Positions 21,726 through 31,958 of a stretch of DNA of 64,000 nucleotides are shown here, one piece after another. The first letter of the stretch is position 1; each line of letters opens with the position of its first letter. The position numbers were made by a program, and so were the translations under genes. This DNA comes from a bacterium (GTDB lineage Bacteria > SAR324 > NAC60-12): the NCBI GenBank assembly GCA_965205865.1, contig CBDBHR010000027.1, forward strand, positions 1 through 64,000, given 5' to 3'. Under the pieces are notes generated by a model that did not search any database, had not been told where the DNA came from, and worked only from the letters and a program-made list of their open reading frames with translations.

Positions 21726-23231
21726 TAGCTCAACGACATTTCTGAATTCGACGAAATGTGGATTGAAACATTTATAAGATTCCTCCCATTGTATCCTAAC
21801 CCCATTCTTCGACCATAGAATGAGTCCAAAGCGTTCATCTGATGGCTTCCAGTCCGACTTCGCCAAAGCTTCTTCACTTCCTCCGACCCAACACGCAAGT
21901 TCTCTTGCATTTGGCAGAACAGCTGAAAGAAGTAATATACGTTTCTTATGATTACGGGAGAGCACTCTCAAATGTTCTAAGAAAAGTTCGTTTCTGATGT
22001 TTCTTTCTTCCTTTCCAAGAAGATGACCTTCATCTACAACTACGAGCTTAACGTTTTCGAAAAGCTCTGGGGCAGCGCGCAGCATAGCTCTTGTCTTCTC
22101 AGGAGTTGCGATAAGCATATTGGCGTCGATTGCCATTTCCTTGTCGATAACGTTGAAACGTGAACCTCCGTAGAGGTGGGAAATAGAGTATCCGAGAGTA
22201 CCCAAGAATTTTCCAAAGGTTCTTTCGAGTTCGAAGGCAAGGGATCGAAAAGGCGCAAGATACAGCACCTTTGCTTCCGGGTCCATTTTCAACACTTTGA
22301 GAATCGCCAATTCAGCAACTCTCGTCTTGCCTGCACTCGTTCTGAGATTAATAATTCCGCCGGCATTGTCGACGTCTAGAGCGAGCGAAATACACGCAAG
22401 CTGCGATTTCCACAACTCTGTAACAGGTGGCTCTGATAACGCAAGCACACGAATATAGTCTTCGATTTGACGTTTGCCATTCGGGTTGAAGAATGTGGGC
22501 AATACTGTCCATAGAGATCCCTTGTGATAGTCATTGAACATCAATTTCAGAAGCCGTGCTATCCACCAGTAAGCAGGATGGGACCCTCCATCACTGATGA
22601 GTATCGAGTCTTGAAGAATTGAGTCGGCGTAGTCAAGGAGGTTTGAGTCTCCCGATATACTGTGCTCAAAAACAAGGGCCACGGCGCGCGCGATTGTGAC
22701 GTTCAAAGCTCTTTTATCAATAGCTTGGGAATCCTCGGATTCAGGGACCGGAGCAAGCAGGATTTCATTGATTCCCGAAATAAGTTGTGCTGCGTCCTTC
22801 CGGAGAAAGCTGGCGATCACCCTTGCGATGGGTGTCATGGCTTCCAAATCCTTGATCAAGACAAATCCCCGCGAGTAGTGTCCACACGCATAGAAAGCCA
22901 TCGCCCCTATTAGACAATTAAACGAGCTTGAGGAATCTTCGGAGATTGAAGATCGATGAACACTTTCCAACAGGTCTCCGGCTGAATAAAGCTGCGCATA
23001 TCCTTCAGCAGGGATTTCTTGTTCGACCAGGCTGCATCCTGCGGCAAGCATTCTGTAAGCTATAAAGGTAATACGTTCATCCAAGCCTTCGGTAAATCTC
23101 GGATAATTTTCAGGCAGTTCGTGAACCTCCTGAAGAATCTGTTTCGCCTTGGCTTGTGCAATAAAGTTCGGAATAGGAGGCACCTTCAGTGAATCGACGA
23201 TCCTCCTCGCGTGTTCTATGGAAATACTCAT
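21726..23231 (-). pseudogene. hamB: Hachiman HamB-like helicase, 5' part
   Basis: LRTSAGKTRVAE (motif I), ATPEK, VVDEGH (motif II), LLSAV; ATGA overlap with hamA. Confidence 0.8.
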
Positions 23232-24043
23232 AACAAATCCTCCAAACCCTCAAAGCTGGACTCCACTGAAGCAATCGGGTCACTCAAGCACAACGACATG
23301 ACCGCAAGTCTGCGCATTGAAGACTCTGCATTCCGCTTAACCTGATCGGATGTATTTTGATTACTTACAAGCAAGCCAACATGGTCCAGCTGCAGTCTGT
23401 CCCGTGCAAACAGGTCACAGCATTCTTCGATCCTGCGGCCAAGGTCATCTTGCCTTTCGTAGAATAGCCGGTCTGCGACGAATTGAAGCGAAACCGGTAC
23501 TCCAACCCGAATGGACCTCTCAAGTGTTGTGACAATATCTACAACATCTTTTTTTGACGGGATTTTTCGAAACTTTGCTTCTCCGACAATAATTCTTATG
23601 GGATCTGCATCCAGATCGAACGCCAACACATCGTCCCCCTTCATCGACTGCTCTATGTTGGGATTGTAGCGAAGGCGATAAATGGGAAGTTGGGCGCAAC
23701 AAGCCGATGATACGTATTCTGCAAGGAGTATTTCCGCCCAATTTCCCTTTTGGGTATTTGAATTTGTCGGAAAACGTGTTGTAGGAAACGTGAATCCTTG
23801 TCGAGCTAAAGCACTACGTCGTCTTTGATCGCGCTTTAAGTCCTCCGGTCGAGAATGGTGGATGCGTATACATTTCTTCATTTCCTTGACGATTCCATCG
23901 ACTCCCACATTGCTTTCACTCAATCTTCTAGTCGGAACGCCGTGCTTAGAGTGTCCGTCTGCATGTACAAACTGCACCCCGAACACGTGTGGAGGTGTCG
24001 GATGATCTCCCACGACATCTTGGAATTTCAGTAACTTATGCAT
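23228..24043 (-). CDS. hamA: Hachiman HamA-like (DUF1837) PD-(D/E)XK nuclease
   Basis: GNWAEILLAEY, SMKGDDVLAF, IVGEAKFR; immediately upstream of a Ski2-like helicase. Confidence 0.78.
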   Translation of the reverse strand: MHKLLKFQDVVGDHPTPPHVFGVQFVHADGHSKHGVPTRRLSESNVGVDGIVKEMKKCIRIHHSRPEDLKRDQRRRSALARQGFTFPTTRFPTNSNTQKGNWAEILLAEYVSSACCAQLPIYRLRYNPNIEQSMKGDDVLAFDLDADPIRIIVGEAKFRKIPSKKDVVDIVTTLERSIRVGVPVSLQFVADRLFYERQDDLGRRIEECCDLFARDRLQLDHVGLLVSNQNTSDQVKRNAESSMRRLAVMSLCLSDPIASVESSFEGLEDLL

Positions 24044-25302
24044 TGTCAGTGGAGGGTTTGAGTTCATGTACACGAATCTTCGCGGTCATCAGTTCGTGAA
24101 GGAGGGTGCGGAAGAGGCTTTGCTGTTCCTGTTGCTTCGCCGACGCAAATCTCGTCTTTTGATCTACCATGTTGAAAGCGGACGCGATCTCCTCCTGTTC
24201 GTTCTTGTCTGGAAGAGGAACAGGCCAAGGCTTTAAGAACTGGATATTGATATTTTTCTGAGTTCCTTTCGGTGCCAATTGATCCATAGTAGATTGCTGA
24301 GTCATCAAGTAGTAGTTCAGGATTCAGTCTGGATGCGATTTGATGGCGAGATACTGATGAGGCTGTCAGGGCAGCGGAATCAAATTGTAAGATTCCAGTA
24401 AAGCCAATGTTTGCGGCAATCGTGATGAGGATGGTTCCTTTTCGGAACATCTTGCTGATTGCCGGGCCTTCCTCGTTGAGTGTTTGTACGTGAGAACGAA
24501 TGTATCCGTCGCAATTGGTGATATCACCCGTTTGAACGAATGGATAATTCCCTCCATAGAACCGGGGTTCATTTCGAGGCCGATGAGAAAACTTGCCACG
24601 CTCTATTCGGGCAATCTCTCCCGATTCTACTACCTCCCAACTTTCAGGAATAGGTCCAATTTCAGTCTGTTTCTTTGGTTCGCTGCGGGTCCCTTCGGTG
24701 AAGAGCTTGCGCATGAGAGCCTTTTTCAGTTCGGTGGTGGTCTGAATGATACGCTCCTGCGCTTCGATTGCTCGCTGCACTGTTGAGAGGATGTGGGTGA
24801 TTTTCTTCTGCTCTGAGAGGCCGATTTGGGGGAATCGAGCACGATTCTTGTATGCCGTAAAATCCAGATTCCGAATACCAGTTGTCCGTCGTTGAATGTC
24901 CTCGGTCCGCCCACTTTGATAAAGTTCCATCAACCCGTAGAAAATAAATTTGGGATCGAATGCCTTTCTGTCTCTGATACGAATGACTGTGGTGAAGTTG
25001 GAGAAGCTGAAAATTCCTGTATCGCGATCAAATAGGACGACGCGCCCCACCGGCTGTTTCGGGCCACCTCCAGAGCGTTCAAGAATGATGTCTCCCGACT
25101 CCAGGAGGCGTTTTTGTAACTGCTTTTCCTCGACTTGAAGGTATGCTACGTCCGAATAGTCAATGACACCGGAGGCGGTAAAGTTTGTGTTTCGGATCAC
25201 ACCAGCTTCCACAAATGGCTCCTTTTTGCCTTTCCAAAGTCCGTTCAGCGTTTCAAACTGATCAAAATCGGAAAGCGGTAACTCGGGTTCTTTCCAACTC
25301 AT
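24036..25302 (-). CDS. hsdS: Type I R-M specificity subunit with two single-base frameshifts (about 24370 and 24320; possibly sequencing errors)
   Basis: Two TRDs; EQKKITHILS, ELKKALMRKLFTEG, TEIGPIPESWEV, EQEEIASA, LFRTLLHELMTAKIRV. Confidence 0.88.
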
Positions 25303-25339
25303 TCCCTATCTCCTTTAATGACGAATCGGAAAGGCAGCC

Positions 25340-25664
25340 CTCCAATTCCTTCGCATTAATTCGAGGTATGTGTGCGAGGTTTCGATGGTAGCGTTGAGTT
25401 TCTGCTGCATGAGGTTGAATGAGAAGCTGGAATTAAAAATCAGGAATGAGGAATTGTACTCTCGCTGTTATTGAAGCGGGGATGTTTTTCGAGTTTGCAT
25501 TCAAAATTCCTTTTTGAATTCTTAATTCCAATCCGCTGCCAGTACAGAAGAAGGTTTCAACTCAAAAGTCTCCACAGTATAGCAACAATTCAGGATTCCG
25601 TGAACACTCCGGCAAACCTTAACATCCAGATGAGCGCCAAGTAATTGTAGCCATAACCGAATTA
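25340..25664 (-). pseudogene. YhcG/DUF1016 remnant, 3' part
   Basis: After IS removal reads ATLSQQLTA*FGYGYNYLALIWMLRFAGVF..IVAIL; C-terminal LMQQKLNATIE. Confidence 0.55.
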
Positions 25665-27785
25665 GTGCTTGGCCGAAAAATACACAAATTGCTGATATTA
25701 AATGACATTTATTCAATTTCACAGGATGAAGATTTGTTTGATACAGTGTTCAGATGGCCAAAGTCAGCAAAAAATGGGATTTTTGATGAGTTTCCCCAAA
25801 ATCTTCGTTTCTTGAAAATAGGTGAATACCATTAAATATCATGTTAAGTCTTTCATTAATTATATCAAGATGATAAACTGATATTTGTGACGCGAAGATT
25901 TGAGAAAACCCGAGTGCGCACCACCTCGCATGAAGGGTCAATCGTTGCAGTTACAGTATCTTCGGACTGGTTTCTTTCGTTTTTCCGTAAATCTTCAAGA
26001 TTTGAAATTTTATGCGCACCATACGTGACCCCCAGATGAAGTTCGGCGAAGTCGACATTGCCGCCATCGAGTTGGATCTAAAATCCCGTGATGACATCCC
26101 CCCTATCCTTCGCGGTTTGCAATACATATACGCCACGCCAGCATTACGCGCATCGGTATTCAAGGTTCTGGAACGAGTCATCCCCTCGCGAAGCGGTCCG
26201 GGCCTGAGCAACGAAGACAGGCATCGCAAAGCGGACCCCCGTCTTGGTCGTCCCGGGATGGAGCAGTGGAAGATTCTGGTGCTTGGCGTACTGCGCCTGG
26301 GTCTCAACACCGATTACGACCGCATCCATGAGTTGGCTAACCATCACGACACCATCCGGCAGATGCTCGGACATGGTGGGTGGGAGGACAAAACAACATA
26401 CAACCGGCAGACGATCAAGGATAACCTGCGTCTTTTCACACCTGAGATTCTCGATGAGATCAATCAGTTGGTTATCAAAGCCGGACATGGGCTGGTAAAA
26501 AAAAACGCCCCAAAAGATGGGCCAACCCGAATTCGCACGGAGAAGATGATTGAACTTCATGATTCAAGCAAGGCGCTACGTGCACGCTGCGACTCCTTTG
26601 TGGTTGAAACCAATGTACATTATCCGACCGACGTCAACCTGCTCTTCGACGCCGTACGCAAGACGGTTGAAGAATGCGCCAGGCTTTCACGGAGTTACCA
26701 GTTGGAGGGCTGGCGACAATATCGGAACAACCTCAGGCAGTTCAAAAAGCAGTATCGTCTCATCCAAAAGCTCAGGCCCTCCACTTCGAAAGTCGAGCAA
26801 ATAAAGCGTGCCCGTGAAGAAAAGAGGCGCAAGGAATATCTCAAATACGTCCTCATGGCCAATGGGTATCAACTGCGAGTCCGGACAAGCCTGGAACTTT
26901 TGGAAAAACGGGTGCGCTCCTCCTTGAAACTGCTACGCTTACGGGAGTACATGGGCTCTGCAAAAAAACTCATGAGCCAAATCATCCGCAGGGTGTGCTT
27001 CAACGAAACCATCCCTCATCATGAAAAAATCTTCTCCATCTTCGAGCCCCACACCGAGTGGATCAGCAAGGGCAAGGCGGGAGTGCCGGTGGAACTCGGA
27101 CTCAGGGTCAACCTCATTGAGGACCAGCATCAATTCATCCTTCACCATCAGGTGATGCGCAGGCAGACCGATGAGAAGGTGGCCGTGGAAATCGTCGAAG
27201 AAACCAAAAAACGCTTCCCCGGGCTTGCGGTCGTGAGTTGGGACAAGGGCGCTCACAGCCCACAGAATCAGCGTGAACTCAAAGCACTGCTGGATCTTGT
27301 CGTGCTTCCCAAAAAAGGCAAGTTGAGCAAAGCAGACCGGCAGAGAGAAGATTCCCGGGAATTCAAACTCCTGCGCCGCCAACACTCTGCGGTCGAATCC
27401 GCCATCAACGCTCTGGAAGTGCACGGACTCGACCGATGTCCGGATCATGGAATCAAGGGGTTCGAACGCTATGTCGCTCTGGCTGTGCTTGCAAAAAACA
27501 TCCACCGTCTCGGCACCGTCCTGCGTGAACAGCAAAAAGAACGGCAGCGTCGTAAACGAGGACCCTACAAAAAAGCGGCCTGAACCCAAGAGTGACTCCC
27601 CATTCTGAAACAAGAGGGGAGGCCGGGAGGGGGGGGCGAGTGTCCAAAAATAGGGGGGGTAACAAAAAATTAGGGATCCCAAAGAAAAATAGCTTCAATT
27701 CTCTAAAATATGGCTTGTTCAAAAACAGATGTTCTCGCGGATTCTACACCTCTTATTAGTAAAATTGTATTTTTCTGTCAGGCAC
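25665..27785 (+). mobile_element. ISNCY-family IS, apparently complete (2121 bp)
   Basis: Imperfect TIRs GTGCTTGGCCGAAAAATAC / GTATTTTTCTGTCAGGCAC; 6-bp TSD GAATTA (25659-64, 27786-91). Confidence 0.9.
26012..27583 (+). CDS. ISNCY-family DDE transposase
   Basis: RCDSFVVETNVHYPTD, EKIFSIFEPHTEWISKGKAG, SWDKG, HSAVESAINALE. Confidence 0.92.
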   Translation: MRTIRDPQMKFGEVDIAAIELDLKSRDDIPPILRGLQYIYATPALRASVFKVLERVIPSRSGPGLSNEDRHRKADPRLGRPGMEQWKILVLGVLRLGLNTDYDRIHELANHHDTIRQMLGHGGWEDKTTYNRQTIKDNLRLFTPEILDEINQLVIKAGHGLVKKNAPKDGPTRIRTEKMIELHDSSKALRARCDSFVVETNVHYPTDVNLLFDAVRKTVEECARLSRSYQLEGWRQYRNNLRQFKKQYRLIQKLRPSTSKVEQIKRAREEKRRKEYLKYVLMANGYQLRVRTSLELLEKRVRSSLKLLRLREYMGSAKKLMSQIIRRVCFNETIPHHEKIFSIFEPHTEWISKGKAGVPVELGLRVNLIEDQHQFILHHQVMRRQTDEKVAVEIVEETKKRFPGLAVVSWDKGAHSPQNQRELKALLDLVVLPKKGKLSKADRQREDSREFKLLRRQHSAVESAINALEVHGLDRCPDHGIKGFERYVALAVLAKNIHRLGTVLREQQKERQRRKRGPYKKAA

Positions 27786-27840
27786 GAATTAAGCAGTCAA
27801 TTGTTGCGACAGTGTAGCAACAATCTCCTTACCATTGCAA
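27786..27840 (-). pseudogene. YhcG/DUF1016 remnant, 5' part
   Basis: GKEIVATLSQQLTA. Confidence 0.55.
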
Positions 27841-27905
27841 TCCACCCATGCCTGGTCATCGCTTTGAGGGGAAATAGACGTCTCTCGATACCGGTCAATG
27901 TATCG

Positions 27906-28277
27906 TCAAATATGGCGCTCTGGCTCCTTGAGCAATACATCTGCCGAAACGCCAAGATGCTGTTTGAGTGCGCGCGCCATCGGTATGGTGATGGCCCGCT
28001 TGCCGGAGAGATTCTCAGCAACCTTAGCACGGCAACCTGCGAAAGCGACTCAATCTCGTGGGCTGAGCCCCGCTTGGTCCATGCGAAACTCGATTGCAGC
28101 GATGGGGCTCGGATAACCCATTTGCATGTGCCGGGCTTCGTACATCTCGACCATGTCGGCAAGAGTATCCAACTCTTCGCCCTCCGGACTGTCGGGCAGG
28201 GCGTCCATCAATTCATCGATGCGATCGAGCGCAGCTGCATAGTCCGCCTCCGTGCGTACCGGCTTGAGTGTGTTCAT
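27906..28277 (-). pseudogene. higA: HigA-like HTH antitoxin with in-frame TGA at 28050
   Basis: LKPVRTEADYAAALDRIDELMDA..PIAAIEFRMDQAGLSPRD*..LSGKRAITIPMARAL..LGVSADVLL. Confidence 0.75.
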
Positions 28278-28369
28278 ATCAAACTTCCTGTACGTCTTGG
28301 CGTTTCTCATTACCCACCGGTTTTTCACGCTTTTTGTCATTCTTCTTACCACATTCCAACCCGTTCCCG

Positions 28370-28460
28370 CTACGGCCGTATCACTTCGAGTTTCAACCCG
28401 AAAGCGCGAACGATCGGCGCAATCGTGGACCATAGCGGGTTACCCTTTGTTCCACTCAGT
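28370..28460 (-). pseudogene. 3' remnant of a second addiction-module antidote
   Basis: GNPLWSTIAPIVRAFGLKLEVIRP*, paralogous to the end of 16679-16978. Confidence 0.7.
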
Positions 28461-28507
28461 CGTTCCTATACCCGCGTTAATCTGCGCCTCCGCCGATTGG
28501 GCAATGC

Positions 28508-29182
28508 TCAGTGCTTCAAATTCTCCAGTTTGCTTATCCACACGTCGAAGATCGGGCACGACGCTCTCATTCTATCGATTCCGATTTCCCGCGCAATGCT
28601 GATACCGGTCGCGGTTTTCCTGAAGCGGTCAGACAAGACTTCCAAGCGCTTGGATGGGGCGGTCCGGGGGTTGTCGTTGATCTTCTCCGGTTCGCCGCAT
28701 TGAGAAAGAATCTCAATCACATCTTTTTGTTGAACATTCAGCTTTTTCGCCAGTATGTTGGCATCGCTGAAAAGCAACGCCTCAAACTCAAACATCGACA
28801 CATACGGTATGAAGCGCCGCTGTGAGTCATGTTCTCCAAAGAGTTCGTTTACCCGTTTCCGGGTCGCATCGTTCAGCACTCTTGCCTTCAACGCATGGCG
28901 TGTTTCGCGTTTTGACTCCTGGTAACCAGGCCAATCACCCTTGATACCGGAGTAGTCGACAAGTAACGTCAGCCAGGTTTTTTGTCTTTGCTTGAGATAA
29001 TGCTCAATGTCATTTTTGGCCCGTGAAAAACGAACATCACCGCCCTTCTGACCGGGCTTCGTCAGGATAATCGGGGTAACGTATACTTCAGTTTGCGCCA
29101 GATAGGGGCTCAAAATATTCTGGATAAAGATCTTTTCGGTCTGGCCTTCCACCAGCGCCATCACTTCGACAATTCTACTCAT
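28508..29182 (-). CDS. DUF4276-family (TOPRIM-like) protein
   Basis: ALVEGQTE, LLVDYSG, FEFEALLFSD, PEKINDNPRTAPSKRL; coupled to the upstream ATPase. Confidence 0.85.
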   Translation of the reverse strand: MSRIVEVMALVEGQTEKIFIQNILSPYLAQTEVYVTPIILTKPGQKGGDVRFSRAKNDIEHYLKQRQKTWLTLLVDYSGIKGDWPGYQESKRETRHALKARVLNDATRKRVNELFGEHDSQRRFIPYVSMFEFEALLFSDANILAKKLNVQQKDVIEILSQCGEPEKINDNPRTAPSKRLEVLSDRFRKTATGISIAREIGIDRMRASCPIFDVWISKLENLKH

Positions 29183-30281
29183 AAACCGGTCCTCCCGATA
29201 TGACGTTTTTACTCCACAACTCGCCCACGGAATAGCTTTCGAGCCAGGCGAGATAATCTGCTTCGTTCAGGCGTTCGAATTGGGAAGCACCATCATTCCG
29301 GTTGACCACAACGACGTCCTCGACCGAGAAGTTGTCGATCAATACCGGCGACTGTGTGGCAATGATGAGTTGGGTACGCTTCGAAGCGTTTTGAATCAAT
29401 TCTGCCAAAATGCTGATTGCCGCAGGATGTAGCCCCAACTCCGGTTCGTCAATGATTAAACAAGAGGGAGGATCGGGTTGTAACAAAGCAGTGGCCAGGC
29501 AGATAAAACGGATACTGCCGTCGGAGAAATGATAGGGTTGCATCGGGTAGTCCGAACCTGTGGCGCGCCACGAAAGCGCCACTTTTTTTTTCGGTCCAAA
29601 GCTTTCCACGTCGAGGAGAAAATCATCGAGATAGGGAATCACCAATTTACATGTCCGGAGAATTTCCTGGAACGTTCCCTCGCCCGTTATTTTGAGTCTC
29701 CTCAAGAATGGCGCGATATTCGAAGCGTCGAAACGCAGAGTCATGTTGTCTTGCAAGATCTCAGCATGTCGTAACGCCGCCGTTTCACTCGTGTCGTGAA
29801 AATGATATATTTTCCATGAAGTGATGGACTCGTAGACAGGCTTGCCGTATTGGGCGTCGTGTGATTTTCCGGAAACCTCTTTCACAAGCAAGGACTTCCC
29901 ATCTGGGCTATCTCCCAGTTCCCACCAGCCTTTTTTCCCGTGCTCATAATAGCGAGCTTCGTCTGTCAGCGCACAACCTTCCGATGGTCCGGGTCTGATC
30001 GTGAAACGGTAGCCGCGAGGACCGAAGCGAGTTTCAAACTCAAGTTGTCGTGTGGTTTTTCGTCCGTTAAAAAGGAGGTCGCTGATTCCACCGCTGTCTC
30101 GAACATAGCTGTTCAGATTTCCATTGATGATTGCTTGCAGCAGCCTGAAAAAGGCAATGAGATTACTTTTGCCCGCACCGTTGGCTCCGATCAACACATT
30201 CAGACTCTCGAGTGCAAAATTTTCCAGGTTACAGATAGATTTGAATCCTCGTATCGTCAGTTTGTTCAATGGGTCGTTCAT
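29175..30281 (-). CDS. AAA_21/ABC-type ATPase
   Basis: GANGAGKSN, FSDGSIRF, IIDEPELGLHP, ATQSP. Confidence 0.92.
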   Translation of the reverse strand: MNDPLNKLTIRGFKSICNLENFALESLNVLIGANGAGKSNLIAFFRLLQAIINGNLNSYVRDSGGISDLLFNGRKTTRQLEFETRFGPRGYRFTIRPGPSEGCALTDEARYYEHGKKGWWELGDSPDGKSLLVKEVSGKSHDAQYGKPVYESITSWKIYHFHDTSETAALRHAEILQDNMTLRFDASNIAPFLRRLKITGEGTFQEILRTCKLVIPYLDDFLLDVESFGPKKKVALSWRATGSDYPMQPYHFSDGSIRFICLATALLQPDPPSCLIIDEPELGLHPAAISILAELIQNASKRTQLIIATQSPVLIDNFSVEDVVVVNRNDGASQFERLNEADYLAWLESYSVGELWSKNVISGGPVYE

Positions 30282-30329
30282 ATGCAATGTCCTCCATTTC
30301 CCGTACGTGTTTGATGATGCTATGTTCGC

Positions 30330-30467
30330 TCATACCCCGATCTTCTGCAGAATTGCCCGCAATGCCTTATCCGTCTCCCTCTCTTCGGCTTCGATGGCAT
30401 CGAGTTCGGCGACGATTTCCGCGAGTGGACGATAGGATTTGGTTGGGCCGGTGTGAATGTAGCGGCT
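30330..30467 (-). pseudogene. hsdM: Type I methyltransferase C-terminal remnant
   Basis: Manual translation SRYIHTGPTKSYRPLAEIVAELDAIEAEERETDKALRAILQKIGV*. Confidence 0.72.
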
Positions 30468-30498
30468 GGTTGATATCCAGGCTCAATTGAGGCGATAT

Positions 30499-30657
30499 TC
30501 AACTTTCAATTTTTGGATTAGCTATGCGCTTCAATGCGCAAACAAATACGGAAAAACTGCGGGAACGATTACCGGTCAGTGATAAATGTGGCCCGATCGC
30601 TCGTGATCCAGCAACCTTCTGGCCCGAAGGCTCTTCCAGAAAAAAGACGAGATTCAT
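30499..30657 (-). pseudogene. DUF4276-like gene, internally deleted in frame
   Basis: N-terminal MNLVFFLEEPS joined to C-terminal QKVAGSRAIGPHL..NRSRSF; ATGA overlap with the ATPase. Confidence 0.7.
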
Positions 30658-31850
30658 GATTTGGGATCTGCTCCAGGGAAAAAGCCTTGCTTCCAAAGAT
30701 AACCCATTTGATCTCCTTCTTGCATATAAGTCGAGAGTTGCGCGTCATCCCTGGCCCGCTGAACGGAAGTGTAGCCGTCTTGCTTCTGCAGCCAGAAAAC
30801 CTCATGCAACTTCATCGCATTAAGAAAATCCGGCGAATGAGTTGAGACGAAAACCTGTCCGCCTCTGTTCGAATAATCGCGAAATTCTTCGGCCAATTCC
30901 CAGAGAAGGGAGTAATAAAGTTGATTCTCAGGTTCCTCAACGCACAAGAGGGGATGGGGATCAGGATCGTAGAGCAGGATCAGGTAAGCAAGCATCTTGA
31001 TGGTTCCGTCTGAAATATACCTCGCCAGGAAGGGATCTTCAAAAGATCCATCCCTGAATTTCAGTAAAATGCGGCCTTCCTCCGTTTGCTTGGATTCGAC
31101 GCTCGAGATGCCCGGCACTCGCTCTTTCAATTTATTTTTGATCACCTCAAATACTTGCGGGTGGTGATTGTGAAAATACTCGATGACGAGCGAGAGATTT
31201 TCGCCCTCCCTGGACAAGTGCTCGGCATATCCGGCTTCTTGTTCGGGTCTCGCGCGGTTGATGTGGAAGTCCGAAACATGCCAACGCTCGATCAAGTCTC
31301 CAAGAGCAACCACTACCGGAAATCGTTCAAATTGGGCAAGGCCCTTGATGGCAAGCAGATTTTGAGCTTTCAAGGTTTGCGGCTCCCGCTGCAACTCCGC
31401 TTCGTTCGTTACCTCTTCAAACTCGTTCGTTACCGCTTCTCCCACACCTTTGGAAAAGTTCAGGAATCGCCAGGGTTTGCCTCGGCTACCCCGGCGGTAT
31501 TGCAGTATCTCCTGCGCAACTATAGGACGTCCGTCATGGCGGTCCTCATCTATACTGAGAAGGTAGGTGACCAAGGGAGCGCCTTGTTTTTCCCGGAATT
31601 TGAGTTCAATCTCGATGGGTCCGCTCGTTCCGCGGCTGCGGACTTCTTGAAAGCCCCGGCTTCCGCCAAGCTTCGCCAGGGCCGTCGTCACATTCGAGGT
31701 CATGGCGTCACGCAAGAAACCAAAAACGGAAAACAGGGTGGATTTACCCGTCCCATTGGCTCCGACTAAAACAACCAGGCGGGGGATCTTTCGCATTTCG
31801 ACGTCACGAAAAGCACGGAAATTCTTCAACCTTAAATACTCTATTTGCAT
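30654..31850 (-). CDS. AAA_21/ABC-type ATPase
   Basis: GANGTGKST, ISDGTIKML, CVEEPENQLY, STHSPD. Confidence 0.92.
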   Translation of the reverse strand: MQIEYLRLKNFRAFRDVEMRKIPRLVVLVGANGTGKSTLFSVFGFLRDAMTSNVTTALAKLGGSRGFQEVRSRGTSGPIEIELKFREKQGAPLVTYLLSIDEDRHDGRPIVAQEILQYRRGSRGKPWRFLNFSKGVGEAVTNEFEEVTNEAELQREPQTLKAQNLLAIKGLAQFERFPVVVALGDLIERWHVSDFHINRARPEQEAGYAEHLSREGENLSLVIEYFHNHHPQVFEVIKNKLKERVPGISSVESKQTEEGRILLKFRDGSFEDPFLARYISDGTIKMLAYLILLYDPDPHPLLCVEEPENQLYYSLLWELAEEFRDYSNRGGQVFVSTHSPDFLNAMKLHEVFWLQKQDGYTSVQRARDDAQLSTYMQEGDQMGYLWKQGFFPGADPKS

Positions 31851-31883
31851 ATTCCTAGTTCCTATCACCAGCAATGGCAGGAG

Positions 31884-31958
31884 GTCCTGCGCGCCGCGAA
31901 TACTGCATGCCGCGTCCCAAAGCCAGGATTCGAGCGATTTGGCGTTTGGATCATTCAT
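31884..31958 (-). pseudogene. hsdM: Type I methyltransferase N-terminal remnant, in frame with the downstream ATPase
   Basis: MNDPNAKSLESWLWDAACSIRGAQD; start overlaps the lolC/E stop. Confidence 0.75.

Noticed and set aside
28050-28052. In-frame TGA in higA as selenocysteine or recoding
   Set aside because: The position corresponds to a hydrophobic residue, the region is otherwise decayed, and TGA is used as a normal stop throughout
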